Shown here one piece after another: positions 1 through 8,874 of a stretch of 47,411 bases of DNA. The notes below the pieces were generated by a model. That model ran no database searches. It saw only the letters and a list, made by a program, of their open reading frames with translations, and was not told the DNA's origin. The translations under genes were made by a program, and so were the position numbers. Source of the DNA: Patescibacteria group bacterium. GTDB lineage: Bacteria > Patescibacteriota > Microgenomatia > Levybacterales > UBA12049. The stretch's first letter is position 1; the number at the start of each line of letters is the position of its first letter. The DNA lies in NCBI GenBank assembly GCA_030917445.1, contig JAUPUR010000016.1, positions 1 through 47,411 of the forward strand, in the 5' to 3' direction.

Positions 1-20
1 ATTTTTTTTATTATCCATAA

Positions 21-311
21 TTATCCTCTTTTCTCTTTTGAGTCATCATCATGACTGATGAGGTTTTTAACAACTTTAGCTACTGTTAGGAGTGAACTAG
101 CTTTTAAACCCATTGTTACTGAAGAAAAAGATGCGACTGGTTTTGAAATACTTTCAGTAATTGTTCCAGTATCATCAAGAACTTTATTTGTTTTTTCAAT
201 TGTCCTTCTTACTTCTTTCAATATGTAATAGACCTGAACTCCAAGGACTACAAGTAATATTGTCAGAACAATAATAACAAAGAATAAAACAATTTGTACT
301 GTATCTACCAT
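21..311 (-). CDS. Small membrane-anchored protein, DUF948-like (hypothetical)
   Basis: 96-aa ORF with ATG at 311. One N-terminal TM helix (VQIVLFFVIIVLTILLVVLGVQVYYIL) is followed by a charged helical segment. The family resemblance is from memory only. Confidence 0.55.
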   Translation of the reverse strand: MVDTVQIVLFFVIIVLTILLVVLGVQVYYILKEVRRTIEKTNKVLDDTGTITESISKPVASFSSVTMGLKASSLLTVAKVVKNLISHDDDSKEKRG

Positions 312-350
312 AGTGAGTAATATTTAGCTTACTGCACTCCCACATTACTG

Positions 351-989
351 TCAAGGAGTGGTCTTAACTTCTATTTTTCTCTGAATAATTGTTTCTCTAC
401 CAAATGCATTCACAGCTTTAATTATAATAACTGAAGGACCGGGAAAAACAGCAATCTGTTTAGTGAATTTTCCTTGTCTTGTCAAAACAACTGGAGCTTC
501 ATTTACTGTAACTGTTGCGCTCGGATCTGCTTCTCCGCTCACTTTAATATCTGTTGAGGTCACTTCATTTTCTTTTGGAGTCTCAATCACTAGTTTTGGA
601 TCAATAAACGCTGCTCTGTACTGAAAAAGTAAAAATCCTCCAAGAAGTACTAATGCAAGAAGAACAAGAAGGACTGATTGATGAAACTTTATTCTTCGTG
701 CGGGAAGACTCTCATCTTTCACAAATCCTTCAGGAAGTACTCTAAAACTCTTTTCTTCATCAAATTCTCGTCTAAAAAGAGCCATTATTTCTTTCACGGG
801 AAGATCAAGATACTCAGCATAATTTCGCACAAACCCTTGTGCGTATGAACTTGAAGGCAATTTATGATACTCTCCCTTTTCAATCGCTGAAAGAAATGAC
901 GAGCGTATTTTTGTTTCTTTTGCCACATCTTCAAGTGTTAAATTTCTTTGAAGCCTCGCTTCCCTAAACCTTTGTCCAATTCGAATCAT
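351..989 (-). CDS. rodZ: RodZ-like protein: N-terminal XRE-type HTH, central TM helix, C-terminal beta-rich domain
   Basis: N-terminus IGQRFREARLQRNLTLEDVAKETKIRSSFLSAIEKGEY..LPSSSYAQGFVRNYAEYL matches the RodZ HTH layout. TM segment SVLLVLLALVLLGGFLLF. ATG at 989. Confidence 0.6.
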   Translation of the reverse strand: MIRIGQRFREARLQRNLTLEDVAKETKIRSSFLSAIEKGEYHKLPSSSYAQGFVRNYAEYLDLPVKEIMALFRREFDEEKSFRVLPEGFVKDESLPARRIKFHQSVLLVLLALVLLGGFLLFQYRAAFIDPKLVIETPKENEVTSTDIKVSGEADPSATVTVNEAPVVLTRQGKFTKQIAVFPGPSVIIIKAVNAFGRETIIQRKIEVKTTP

Positions 990-1004
990 AAAATGAAAAC
1001 CTTT

Positions 1005-3158
1005 TTAAGCAGAGTGTTGATCTTGGAGACTTGTCAAATACTCATCTGCATTACGGACGAGAACATCTCGTGGTTTTGAACCTGCACCCGGACCAATAAT
1101 TCCAGACTCTTCTAATTGATCAATTATTCGTGCAGCACGTGAATATCCAATCGCCATTTTTCTCTGCAGAAATGATGCAGATGCAGTATCAAATTGACAG
1201 ACGATTCTCACCGCTTCTTCAAACATGACATCTCTTCCATCTCCTGATCCTTCACCTATTCCTGCTTTACCTCTTCCGCCACTAACTGGCTGAGTAAGTA
1301 CTTCTTCTGTATATTCAACTGGGAAATTACTACTCTTTAAGAATTCAACTAACTTCTTCACTTCTTTTTCAGAAACAAAAGCACCCTGAATTCGTGTTGG
1401 CTTTGAAGATTCAGGTGGAACATAAAGCATATCTCCTCGACCAAGAAGTTTTTCTGCGCCTGGTCCGTCAATTATTACACGAGAGTCAATCATTGATGAG
1501 ACGTTAAAAGCAATCCGACATGGAATATTTGCTTTAATCAAACCTGTAATAACATTCACGGAAGGACGCTGTGTCGCGATAACAAGGTGAATACCTGTTG
1601 CACGAGCCATTTGAGCGAGACGAGCAATAGCATCCTCAACCTCGACAGGGGCAAACATCATAAGGTCTGCTAACTCGTCAATCACTATAACAATGTATGG
1701 AAGAGCTTGAAATCCAGATAATTCATTGTACCCTTCAATATTTTTTACACCACGTTCTGCAAATAATTTATATCGACGATCCATCTCCGTCATACTCCAC
1801 TTCAGTGCCGAAAGTATCTTATCCACTTCAACAATAACGGGAGTTAACAAATGAGGAATACCATTATATGCAGTAAACTCTACTCTCTTTGGATCAACGA
1901 GAATAAGTTTTACCTCTTGCGGAGATGCTCTAAAGAGAAGGGAACAGATAAATGAATTTACCAGAACCGATTTTCCAGATCCTGTTGTTCCAGCTACAAG
2001 AACGTGAGGCATTTTGGCTATATCAGCAATTAATGGACTTCCAGAAACATCAAGTCCCATAGAAACAGCAAGTTTATTCTTTGCTTTCTGCATAATGTTT
2101 GAACTAAGCATCGTACGGAGAGTAACAACTTCTAGAGATCTATTTGGAATTTCAATACCAACAAGATTTCTTCCGGGAATAGGAGCTTCAATACGAATTT
2201 GACCAGTCGGAGCTTCAGTTGCAAGAGCTAAGTCATTTGCAAGTGATGTAATCTTTGATACTTTTGTGCCAAGTGCTATTTCAAGTGCGTACTGAGTAAC
2301 AGCAGGCCCCAAATTAACTTCAGCTACACGAGCATCTACACCAAAGCTTTGCAGAGTATCCTCAATTTTTTTAGCGATCTTATTGATATCCCCTCTTTCT
2401 GCCTTTGCTCCTGGATTTTCTGCAAGTAGAGACAAAGGTGGATACTCCCATATTCCATTTCCAGTTTCTGAAAGAACATTTGAGACAAGTTTTGCAGAAA
2501 TGAGCTCTTCTGGCTCTTTCTTATTTATAACAGGAGCAGGCGCACCCTTACCAAGTGGGGGAGACTGATCAACCTTTTGGCCACCTTTTATTGAGATTGG
2601 CCTACTTCTATCAAGCAGTGAGGTCTTCCCATCCTTTTCACTCTTTTGGAAAAGTGATGTAGGGAACAACCTATGTATATTTCCACCCAGCATCTGAAGA
2701 AACTGGAAAATTTCGTCAACCGATGTATCAAAAAACACAATATTTCCTACGATCAGTCCACCTATAAAAATAACTGAAGCTCCAGGAGTGGTAACAATGT
2801 TTTCTAAGATCTCAAACATTCCTATTCCAATTGATCCACTTTGAGTAAGACCCAGAAGTGATACAAAAAAAACAAGAAACCCAAAGGCAACGTGAGCTTG
2901 AGAAAGAAAGAATTTTTTAAAATGAAGCATGAAAAATGCAAAAAAGAAGAAAATAAACGGAAGAAGAAAAGCAACTCCACCAAATTTATCAGAAATCATA
3001 TCATTCAATGATATTGCTGAAGAACCGCTACGAGTAAATGAAATAAGAAGAAGTGCACATGCTAAAAAAAGTCCAACAGCAAAGAGGTTATAGATTGTAT
3101 TTTTCTTTAATTTTACTTTTCCCGATCGTCGTCGGGTTGGGCGGCGTTTTGATTTCAT
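1005..3158 (-). CDS. ftsK: DNA translocase FtsK/SpoIIIE
   Basis: N-terminal TM helices. Walker A GTTGSGKS, Walker B VIVIDELADLM, and a C-terminal gamma winged helix (ASASFLQRKMAIGYSRAARIIDQLEESGIIG). The ORF-track start at 3194 is TTG. The first ATG (MKSKRRP) is at 3158. Confidence 0.94.
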   Translation of the reverse strand: MKSKRRPTRRRSGKVKLKKNTIYNLFAVGLFLACALLLISFTRSGSSAISLNDMISDKFGGVAFLLPFIFFFFAFFMLHFKKFFLSQAHVAFGFLVFFVSLLGLTQSGSIGIGMFEILENIVTTPGASVIFIGGLIVGNIVFFDTSVDEIFQFLQMLGGNIHRLFPTSLFQKSEKDGKTSLLDRSRPISIKGGQKVDQSPPLGKGAPAPVINKKEPEELISAKLVSNVLSETGNGIWEYPPLSLLAENPGAKAERGDINKIAKKIEDTLQSFGVDARVAEVNLGPAVTQYALEIALGTKVSKITSLANDLALATEAPTGQIRIEAPIPGRNLVGIEIPNRSLEVVTLRTMLSSNIMQKAKNKLAVSMGLDVSGSPLIADIAKMPHVLVAGTTGSGKSVLVNSFICSLLFRASPQEVKLILVDPKRVEFTAYNGIPHLLTPVIVEVDKILSALKWSMTEMDRRYKLFAERGVKNIEGYNELSGFQALPYIVIVIDELADLMMFAPVEVEDAIARLAQMARATGIHLVIATQRPSVNVITGLIKANIPCRIAFNVSSMIDSRVIIDGPGAEKLLGRGDMLYVPPESSKPTRIQGAFVSEKEVKKLVEFLKSSNFPVEYTEEVLTQPVSGGRGKAGIGEGSGDGRDVMFEEAVRIVCQFDTASASFLQRKMAIGYSRAARIIDQLEESGIIGPGAGSKPRDVLVRNADEYLTSLQDQHSA

Positions 3159-3164
3159 ACTACT

Positions 3165-3194
3165 AGTATAAGAAGTTTTTCCATCATAACACAA
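3165..3194 (-). promoter_or_regulatory. Putative sigma70-type promoter of ftsK (TTGTGT-18-TATACT), -10 box 6 nt from the ATG
   Basis: Minus strand reads TTGTGTtatgatggaaaaacttctTATACTagtagtATG. No SD sequence. The geometry implies a leaderless mRNA. Confidence 0.35.
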
Positions 3195-3221
3195 CTAGCC
3201 TCGTAGTGCATATTTGGAGTC

Positions 3222-4925
3222 CTACACCTCAATTATTACAGGAAGAACAAGAGGTCTTCGTCTAAATTTTCTAAAAATATGCTTACTTGATACCTCTTCC
3301 AATTGTTTTCTCAAATGCACCCAGTTAGTCACTCTCCCTTTTTTACTTGAAAGTACTGTTTTAATTTCTTTCATCAGTGTACCCTGGAGCATTTCACTTT
3401 CTTTTGGTAAAAAACCTCTTTCAATGATATCTGGTGTACCAGATAACTGACCGTCAGAAGCATTTATCTCAATCATCAAAATAATAATACCGTCTTTTGC
3501 CAGTTTCTCTCTATCTCTGAGAACAAATCCCTCAACTTCCTCACCTGAAACTTGATCAACATAAACATTCTTTGTCTGAATTCTTCTACCAAATGTTATT
3601 CCTTCTTTGCTAAAAATGACTTCTTGTCCATTTTCAAGAAGAAGAACATCTTTTGCTTTATACCCCATTTTCATGGCGAGTTTTTGATATCCCAAAAGAT
3701 GCTTATAATTCCCACTAATAGGTGTAATGTAGCGAGGTTTTATAAGTGACATCATCAAGAGATGGTCTTGTTGTGATCCGTGACCTGATACATGATAGAG
3801 AGTTCCCTGCCCAGAGGTCAAAACTGTTGCTCCTCTTTTGGCGATTGTATCTATCAGCTGATTGACAGGCTCTTCATTTCCAGGAATAGGATCTGCGGAA
3901 AAGATGACAATGTCATCAGGTGTTAATTTAACATCTCGATGCTCTCCTTCTGCAATTCGAGTTAGCGCAGAATTTTCCTGACCTTGACTCCCAGCTGCAA
4001 TCATTACAACTTGTGAATCTGGATAATTTGGTAGATGTTCTAGTTCAATAATTGTTCCATCTTTAACTTCTAAATACCCTGCACGCTTTGCAACATCTGC
4101 AACTTTGATTAGCGACCTTCCAACAAAGCAAACTCTTCTCTTAAAGCGTTCAGAGGCAGCAATTATTTGATTTATACGAGCAACATTTGACGAATATGTT
4201 GTAACAATCAGCTTTCCCTTACAGTGTTGGAGCGCATTCTCAAATGATTGCTGTAATCCATCTTCACTTGGAGTGTGTCCTGGTCTATCCGAACCAAGAG
4301 AATCAGTAAGCATAGCCAACACCCCCTCATTCCCAACTTTAACAATACTTTGAAAATCCATACGTTGTTGATCATGGGGAGTAAGATCTATTTTAAAATC
4401 ACTCCCATGATAAAAAATACCTGCAGGAGTACGAATAACAATATTAGTACTATCTGGAACAGAGTGAGTAATTCGAATTAAATTAATAGTAAAACTACCC
4501 AGTGAAAGAGGTTTGTCATGGAATTCAACAGTTTTCACACTTGGATGCATCTTAAATTCTCTTAATTTTTCATTTGTCAGCGCAGCAGTAAAAGGTGATG
4601 CAAAAACAGGAATCTGGGGAGGTAGTTGTGGGAGGATATATGGAACAGCTCCAATATGATCTTCGTGGCCATGGCTCAAAATCATACCTACAATTTTTTT
4701 CTTTGTTTGAAGCAGATAAGTTATATCAGGAAGCAAGAGATCAACACCTAACATTGAAGCATCTGCAAAACCTATTCCACAATCAACAATGAGTATTTCA
4801 TCTTTGTATTCATAAACATACATGTTTTTTGTGACATCTTCCATTCCACCAAGTGGAATAAGAGAAAGGGAGGGTGTATTGGACACTCTTTGTGGTGGGT
4901 TTTGGTTTGTTTTTTCCATATCCAT
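3222..4925 (-). CDS. rnj: Ribonuclease J (metallo-beta-lactamase / beta-CASP)
   Basis: HGHEDHIGAVPYIL motif and LIPLGGMEDVTKNMYVYEY..ILIVDCGIGF N-terminus, about 560 aa. The ORF-track start at 4937 is TTG. In-frame ATGs are at 4925 and 4919, and 4919 fits a leaderless start. Confidence 0.92.
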   Translation of the reverse strand: MDMEKTNQNPPQRVSNTPSLSLIPLGGMEDVTKNMYVYEYKDEILIVDCGIGFADASMLGVDLLLPDITYLLQTKKKIVGMILSHGHEDHIGAVPYILPQLPPQIPVFASPFTAALTNEKLREFKMHPSVKTVEFHDKPLSLGSFTINLIRITHSVPDSTNIVIRTPAGIFYHGSDFKIDLTPHDQQRMDFQSIVKVGNEGVLAMLTDSLGSDRPGHTPSEDGLQQSFENALQHCKGKLIVTTYSSNVARINQIIAASERFKRRVCFVGRSLIKVADVAKRAGYLEVKDGTIIELEHLPNYPDSQVVMIAAGSQGQENSALTRIAEGEHRDVKLTPDDIVIFSADPIPGNEEPVNQLIDTIAKRGATVLTSGQGTLYHVSGHGSQQDHLLMMSLIKPRYITPISGNYKHLLGYQKLAMKMGYKAKDVLLLENGQEVIFSKEGITFGRRIQTKNVYVDQVSGEEVEGFVLRDREKLAKDGIIILMIEINASDGQLSGTPDIIERGFLPKESEMLQGTLMKEIKTVLSSKKGRVTNWVHLRKQLEEVSSKHIFRKFRRRPLVLPVIIEV

Positions 4926-4954
4926 AGTATAGTTCAAATAGCTTATCGAGACAA
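4926..4954 (-). promoter_or_regulatory. Putative promoter of rnj (TTGTCT-17-TATACT)
   Basis: Minus strand reads TTGTCTcgataagctatttgaacTATACTATGGATATG. The -10 box abuts ATG 4925 and lies 6 nt from ATG 4919. Confidence 0.4.
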
Positions 4955-4963
4955 GCTAAAGTA

Positions 4964-6124
4964 TTACCATTGAGGTAAATATTCTTTCAAATTAGTATCA
5001 TTGACTCTTACAGCTGTAACCTTACCTTCAACAATCTGACGTGCCACTTTTCGGCACATTCCTTGAATTGTTCTTTCAAGTGATCGAATTCCAGAGTCAA
5101 AACCCAAAGGACGAATAACACCTGGCCATACTGTTTCATCAATGACGAGATTTTGATCACTGAGACCTGCTTCTGTTCGAATTTTGTTAAATAAATATTT
5201 CTTAGCAATCACAATTTTTTCTTCGTCTGTATATGATGGCATTTGAATAATCTCCAGACGATCAAGAACAGCAGTAGAGATACTACTAGTATTATTGGCA
5301 GTAGCAATGAATAATACATTTGAAAGGTCAAATGGATAATCAATATAATGATCAGTAAAAGCGAAATTTTGCTCTGGATCTAAAAGCTCTACAAGAACAC
5401 CCATAATATCTGCACGCGCTGACTCCGTTACACGATCTAATTCATCAAGGAGAATAACTGGGTTACTTGACCTTGCATGAAAAAGTTTTTTAGTAACAAA
5501 TCCAGGCTCTGCATCAGGGAACGCTTTTGATTGACCACGGAGTGCTCGTGAGTCTGCCATTCCTCCAAATGGAATTCGCTCAAACTTTTTACCCAATGCT
5601 TCTGCAACTGATGAGGCAAGTGTGGTTTTACCTGTGCCAGCCAGTCCTACCAAACATAGAATTGGTGCTCTTTGGACAATGTCCTGTCTTTGTTGTTTCA
5701 TATTTAAAATAATAGTAGCTAGATAATCTAAGATACGGTTTTTAATGACATCTAAACCATAATGATGGTTGTCCATCACTTCTTTTGCCTTTACAAGATC
5801 AAGAGTATCTTGCGTATGTATTCCCCATGGGAGACCGACAACCCAATTAACATAATTTGCTGTATTTTCATATTCAAGTATATAATTTGCGCTCATAAAT
5901 CCAGAACTTGCTCTTAATAGTGCAAGTCTCGATACTCGTTCAAGAAGGTTTTGTTTCAAGACATCCGGAAGCTGAGCTTTTTCAACTCTTTCACCTAGTT
6001 TTCTAATTTGATCATTGGACTCACCTTTGCCTGTGGTTGTTGTAAAAGAAGATGTCGATGTATTCTGTTGTTGTGGAGTTGATCCATCAGCAACAGGAAA
6101 TGTAGGTAGGGCAGAATCTATCAT
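4964..6124 (-). CDS. Lon-family AAA+ ATPase module lacking both the Lon N-domain and the protease domain
   Basis: Colinear with Lon from GLPWG..HHYGLDVIKNRILDYLA through Walker A GLAGTGKT, Walker B VILLDELD and LLDPEQNFAFTDHY to SLERTIQGMCRKVARQ. It stops at ..LKEYLPQW, where Lon normally continues into the Ser-Lys protease domain. Confidence 0.8.
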   Translation of the reverse strand: MIDSALPTFPVADGSTPQQQNTSTSSFTTTTGKGESNDQIRKLGERVEKAQLPDVLKQNLLERVSRLALLRASSGFMSANYILEYENTANYVNWVVGLPWGIHTQDTLDLVKAKEVMDNHHYGLDVIKNRILDYLATIILNMKQQRQDIVQRAPILCLVGLAGTGKTTLASSVAEALGKKFERIPFGGMADSRALRGQSKAFPDAEPGFVTKKLFHARSSNPVILLDELDRVTESARADIMGVLVELLDPEQNFAFTDHYIDYPFDLSNVLFIATANNTSSISTAVLDRLEIIQMPSYTDEEKIVIAKKYLFNKIRTEAGLSDQNLVIDETVWPGVIRPLGFDSGIRSLERTIQGMCRKVARQIVEGKVTAVRVNDTNLKEYLPQW

Positions 6125-6167
6125 TAGTTAATCATACTAAGTTTAGCTCAAAATCAAAAGAGAGCTT

Positions 6168-8558
6168 TTAATAGTGGGTTTTACGTCGAGGATTGGTTCT
6201 ATCTGTTTGACGACGTTCTCTTTCAAATTGTTGTGCTAATGGGTGCTTTGCTCGAGTTGGATCAGCACTTGCGTTTGGACCTTGGCTTGAATTTGATCGA
6301 TCTGTTCTCATAGGTCGATCAGCACGTGGAGCTCTAAAATCTCTTCTTGGAGCACTAGTCTCTCTTCTAAAATTATCTGGAGGGCCAAAGCGTGGTCCCT
6401 GATCTCCACTACCACCTCTGTCTCTATTACCCTGATTTCCTGTATCGTCCGCACTTTCATCAAGCTTCATGGTTAAGTTGATTCTACCTTGATCATCAAT
6501 TTCACTCACTTTAACTTTTACAATATCACCAAGATGAACAACATCTTCAGGACTCTTTATAAATCCTTGACCCATCTTTGAAACATGGACCATTCCTTCT
6601 TTCCCTGGTAAAATCTCAACAAATGCTCCAAATGGAAGGATCCTTTTAACAGGACCTTCAAAAAGTTCCCCTGCCAAGACTTCTCGAGTCAATCCTTTAA
6701 CCCATTCGACGGCTTTCTGAACTGCTTCTTCAGATGTTCCTGAAATTGTTACTATTCCGTCATCTTCTACATCCACTGTTGCCCCCGTTGTTGCAATAAT
6801 GTTCTTAATAACTCGACCACCAGGACCAATAACTTCTCCAATTTTTTCAACAGGAATAGTTACTTGTTCAATCTTAGGTGCGAATTCAGAAACATTTTCT
6901 CTCGGTGCTGGAATTGCTTTTAACATTGTCTCAAGAATTGAAAGACGAGCTGTTCTTGCTCTCTCTAAAATCTCTTTAACTTGTACATCAGTCAATCCTG
7001 GAATCTTTACATCCAACTGAATAGCTGTAATACCTGAGTCAGTTCCAGCAACTTTAAAGTCCATATCTCCAGAAAAATCTTCAAGACCAATAATGTCTGT
7101 TAAAAGTACATAATCTTTTTCCTCAGACATCATTCCAATGGAAATTCCAGCAACTGGTTTGAGAATTGGAACTCCAGCATCCATGAGAGCAAGAGTCGAT
7201 CCACATGTTGAAGCCATCGAACTTGAACCATTCTGAGAGAGGACTTCGGAAACAATTCGAATTGTGTATGGAAATTTATCCTGTGAAGGAATAACAGCCA
7301 TTAATGCTCTTTCAGCCAAAGCTCCATGTCCAATTTCACGTCGTGAAGGTGTCCCTATTCTCCCAGCTTGACCAAATGAGTATGGTGGACCTGAATAGTG
7401 ATGAATATATCTTTTACTCTCTTCTCCTTCTGCTGATTCAATAAGTTGTTCCATTCGAGGAGATCCTAAGGTAACAATTGAGAGTGCTTGAGTAAGACCT
7501 CTTTCAAAAAGTGCAGAACCATGTGTTCGAGGTAAGAATCCAGTTTCTGCTGTAATTGTTCTAATTTCATCAATTTTTCTTCCATCCGGTCTTTGCTGCT
7601 TCTTTACAATATTACTTTTAATAATCTTAAACATGACATACTCAAGTGCTTGTGAGAATGTCTTTTTATCTAATTGTGTTTCAGGATTAATATTTTTTTC
7701 ATGCTCGTAAATTTTTGCAAGAAGATCATCTGTCTCTGATCCTCCACCTTCTTTATTTGCTCTACCTGCAATGAGTGATTCTACTTCAGCTTTATATGCT
7801 TTTTCAATAATTTTTACTGCGTCGTCAACAAGAACATTTCTCGAAACTTCAAGCTTTGGAAGACCAACTTTTTTAACAAGATCTTCAATAGCTGCAATCA
7901 TTTTTTGAGTTTCTTTATGAGCACTTACTACTGCACTATGTACGATATCTTCGGAAACCTGAAGTGCACCAGCTTCAATCATCACTGTGAGGTCTTTACT
8001 TTGTGAAACGACTATATCCAAATCAGATGTACTTCCTTCAGTTACAGTTGGATTAAAAATAAGTGTTGAGTCTTCACCTTCTGGATTTTTTACTGCACCC
8101 ATGCGAATTGCTGCAATAGGACCCTTCCATGGGATTGGAGACATCGCAAGAGCTGCAGAAACTGCGTTGAGGGATAAGATATCAGGTTCATGTTCTCCAT
8201 CTACAGAAAGAACAGTAATAACCACCTGTACTTCATTTTTAAATTCCTTTGGAAAAAGTGGTCTGATAGATCGATCAATCAATCTTCCAGTCAAAATAGC
8301 GTCATCAGTTGGTCTTCCTTCTCTCTTTACCCAACGACTACCTTTAATACGTCCACCTGCATATAATTTCTCTGTATATTCAACACTCAGTGGGAAATAA
8401 TCAAGGTCAGTTCGAGCGTTTCCTGCAACAACAGTTACCAAAACGACAGTCTCACCCAACTTAGCAAGCACTGACGTAGTTGCTTGTGGAGCAAGTTTTC
8501 CTGTTTCAAATATAATTGTTTTACCTGCAAAATCTACAGATACAGAGGTTTTTTCCAT
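6168..8558 (-). CDS. pnp: Polyribonucleotide nucleotidyltransferase (PNPase) with a 97-aa Arg/Pro/Asp-rich C-terminal tail
   Basis: Two RNase PH-like halves, KH (IGEVIGPGGRVIK) and S1 (GMVHVSKM) domains. The ATG overlaps the rpsO stop by 1 nt (TAATG). Confidence 0.96.
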   Translation of the reverse strand: MEKTSVSVDFAGKTIIFETGKLAPQATTSVLAKLGETVVLVTVVAGNARTDLDYFPLSVEYTEKLYAGGRIKGSRWVKREGRPTDDAILTGRLIDRSIRPLFPKEFKNEVQVVITVLSVDGEHEPDILSLNAVSAALAMSPIPWKGPIAAIRMGAVKNPEGEDSTLIFNPTVTEGSTSDLDIVVSQSKDLTVMIEAGALQVSEDIVHSAVVSAHKETQKMIAAIEDLVKKVGLPKLEVSRNVLVDDAVKIIEKAYKAEVESLIAGRANKEGGGSETDDLLAKIYEHEKNINPETQLDKKTFSQALEYVMFKIIKSNIVKKQQRPDGRKIDEIRTITAETGFLPRTHGSALFERGLTQALSIVTLGSPRMEQLIESAEGEESKRYIHHYSGPPYSFGQAGRIGTPSRREIGHGALAERALMAVIPSQDKFPYTIRIVSEVLSQNGSSSMASTCGSTLALMDAGVPILKPVAGISIGMMSEEKDYVLLTDIIGLEDFSGDMDFKVAGTDSGITAIQLDVKIPGLTDVQVKEILERARTARLSILETMLKAIPAPRENVSEFAPKIEQVTIPVEKIGEVIGPGGRVIKNIIATTGATVDVEDDGIVTISGTSEEAVQKAVEWVKGLTREVLAGELFEGPVKRILPFGAFVEILPGKEGMVHVSKMGQGFIKSPEDVVHLGDIVKVKVSEIDDQGRINLTMKLDESADDTGNQGNRDRGGSGDQGPRFGPPDNFRRETSAPRRDFRAPRADRPMRTDRSNSSQGPNASADPTRAKHPLAQQFERERRQTDRTNPRRKTHY

Positions 8559-8827
8559 TAGTCTTTTAATCCAATCTTCTTTTTAATATCAGAGGAGCGG
8601 GCCTTATCGACCTTTACCAAAAAATTAAGAAGTCTTCGTCTTTTAGCGATCATGGAGAGAAGTCCACGTCTACTGTGAACATCATGAGCATGATCTTTTA
8701 GATGATCTGCAAGTCTTGTAATGCGATGAGTGAGAAGCGCGATCTGCACCTCTGGACTGCCAGTATCTCCATTTGCGGTCTGAAAGTTCTTAATTATATC
8801 TTGTTTTTGTGTCGTTGAAAGCGGCAT
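8558..8827 (-). CDS. rpsO: 30S ribosomal protein S15
   Basis: 89 aa. GDTGSPEVQIALLTHRITRLADHLKDHAHDVHSRRGLLSMIAKRRRLLNFL is the canonical S15 pattern. Confidence 0.96.
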   Translation of the reverse strand: MPLSTTQKQDIIKNFQTANGDTGSPEVQIALLTHRITRLADHLKDHAHDVHSRRGLLSMIAKRRRLLNFLVKVDKARSSDIKKKIGLKD

Positions 8828-8835
8828 AGGCTTGT

Positions 8836-8865
8836 ATTATACCAGAAAGAAGCCAAGAATCGCAA
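8836..8865 (-). promoter_or_regulatory. Putative promoter of rpsO-pnp (TTGCGA-18-TGGTATAAT)
   Basis: Extended -10 TGgTATAAT lies 8 nt upstream of the rpsO ATG. No SD. Confidence 0.35.
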
Positions 8866-8874
8866 CCAGCTTTA

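Noticed and set aside
8-30. Two DnaA-box-like 9-mers (TTATCCATA, TTATCCTCT) and an ATG at 18 reading leftward off the window edge.
   Set aside because: Imperfect matches are expected by chance in AT-rich DNA. Only six codons of the putative next gene are visible, which is too little to call.
7987-8400. Long antisense or out-of-frame ORFs inside conserved genes. Examples: 7987-8400 in pnp, 12613-12969 and 13173-13454 in the vWA gene, 15042-15386 and 14156-14470 in the Clp-like gene, 17629-18009 in the Hsp100 gene, 26368-26808 in dnaK, 34479-34835 in the WecA-like gene, 44341-44664 in the SBP gene, and 46249-46551 in the VanW gene.
   Set aside because: Each lies entirely within a gene whose product has clear conserved motifs on the other strand or frame. 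Their translations are low-complexity or Cys/Phe/Leu-rich nonsense with no start context. They are best explained as shadow ORFs.
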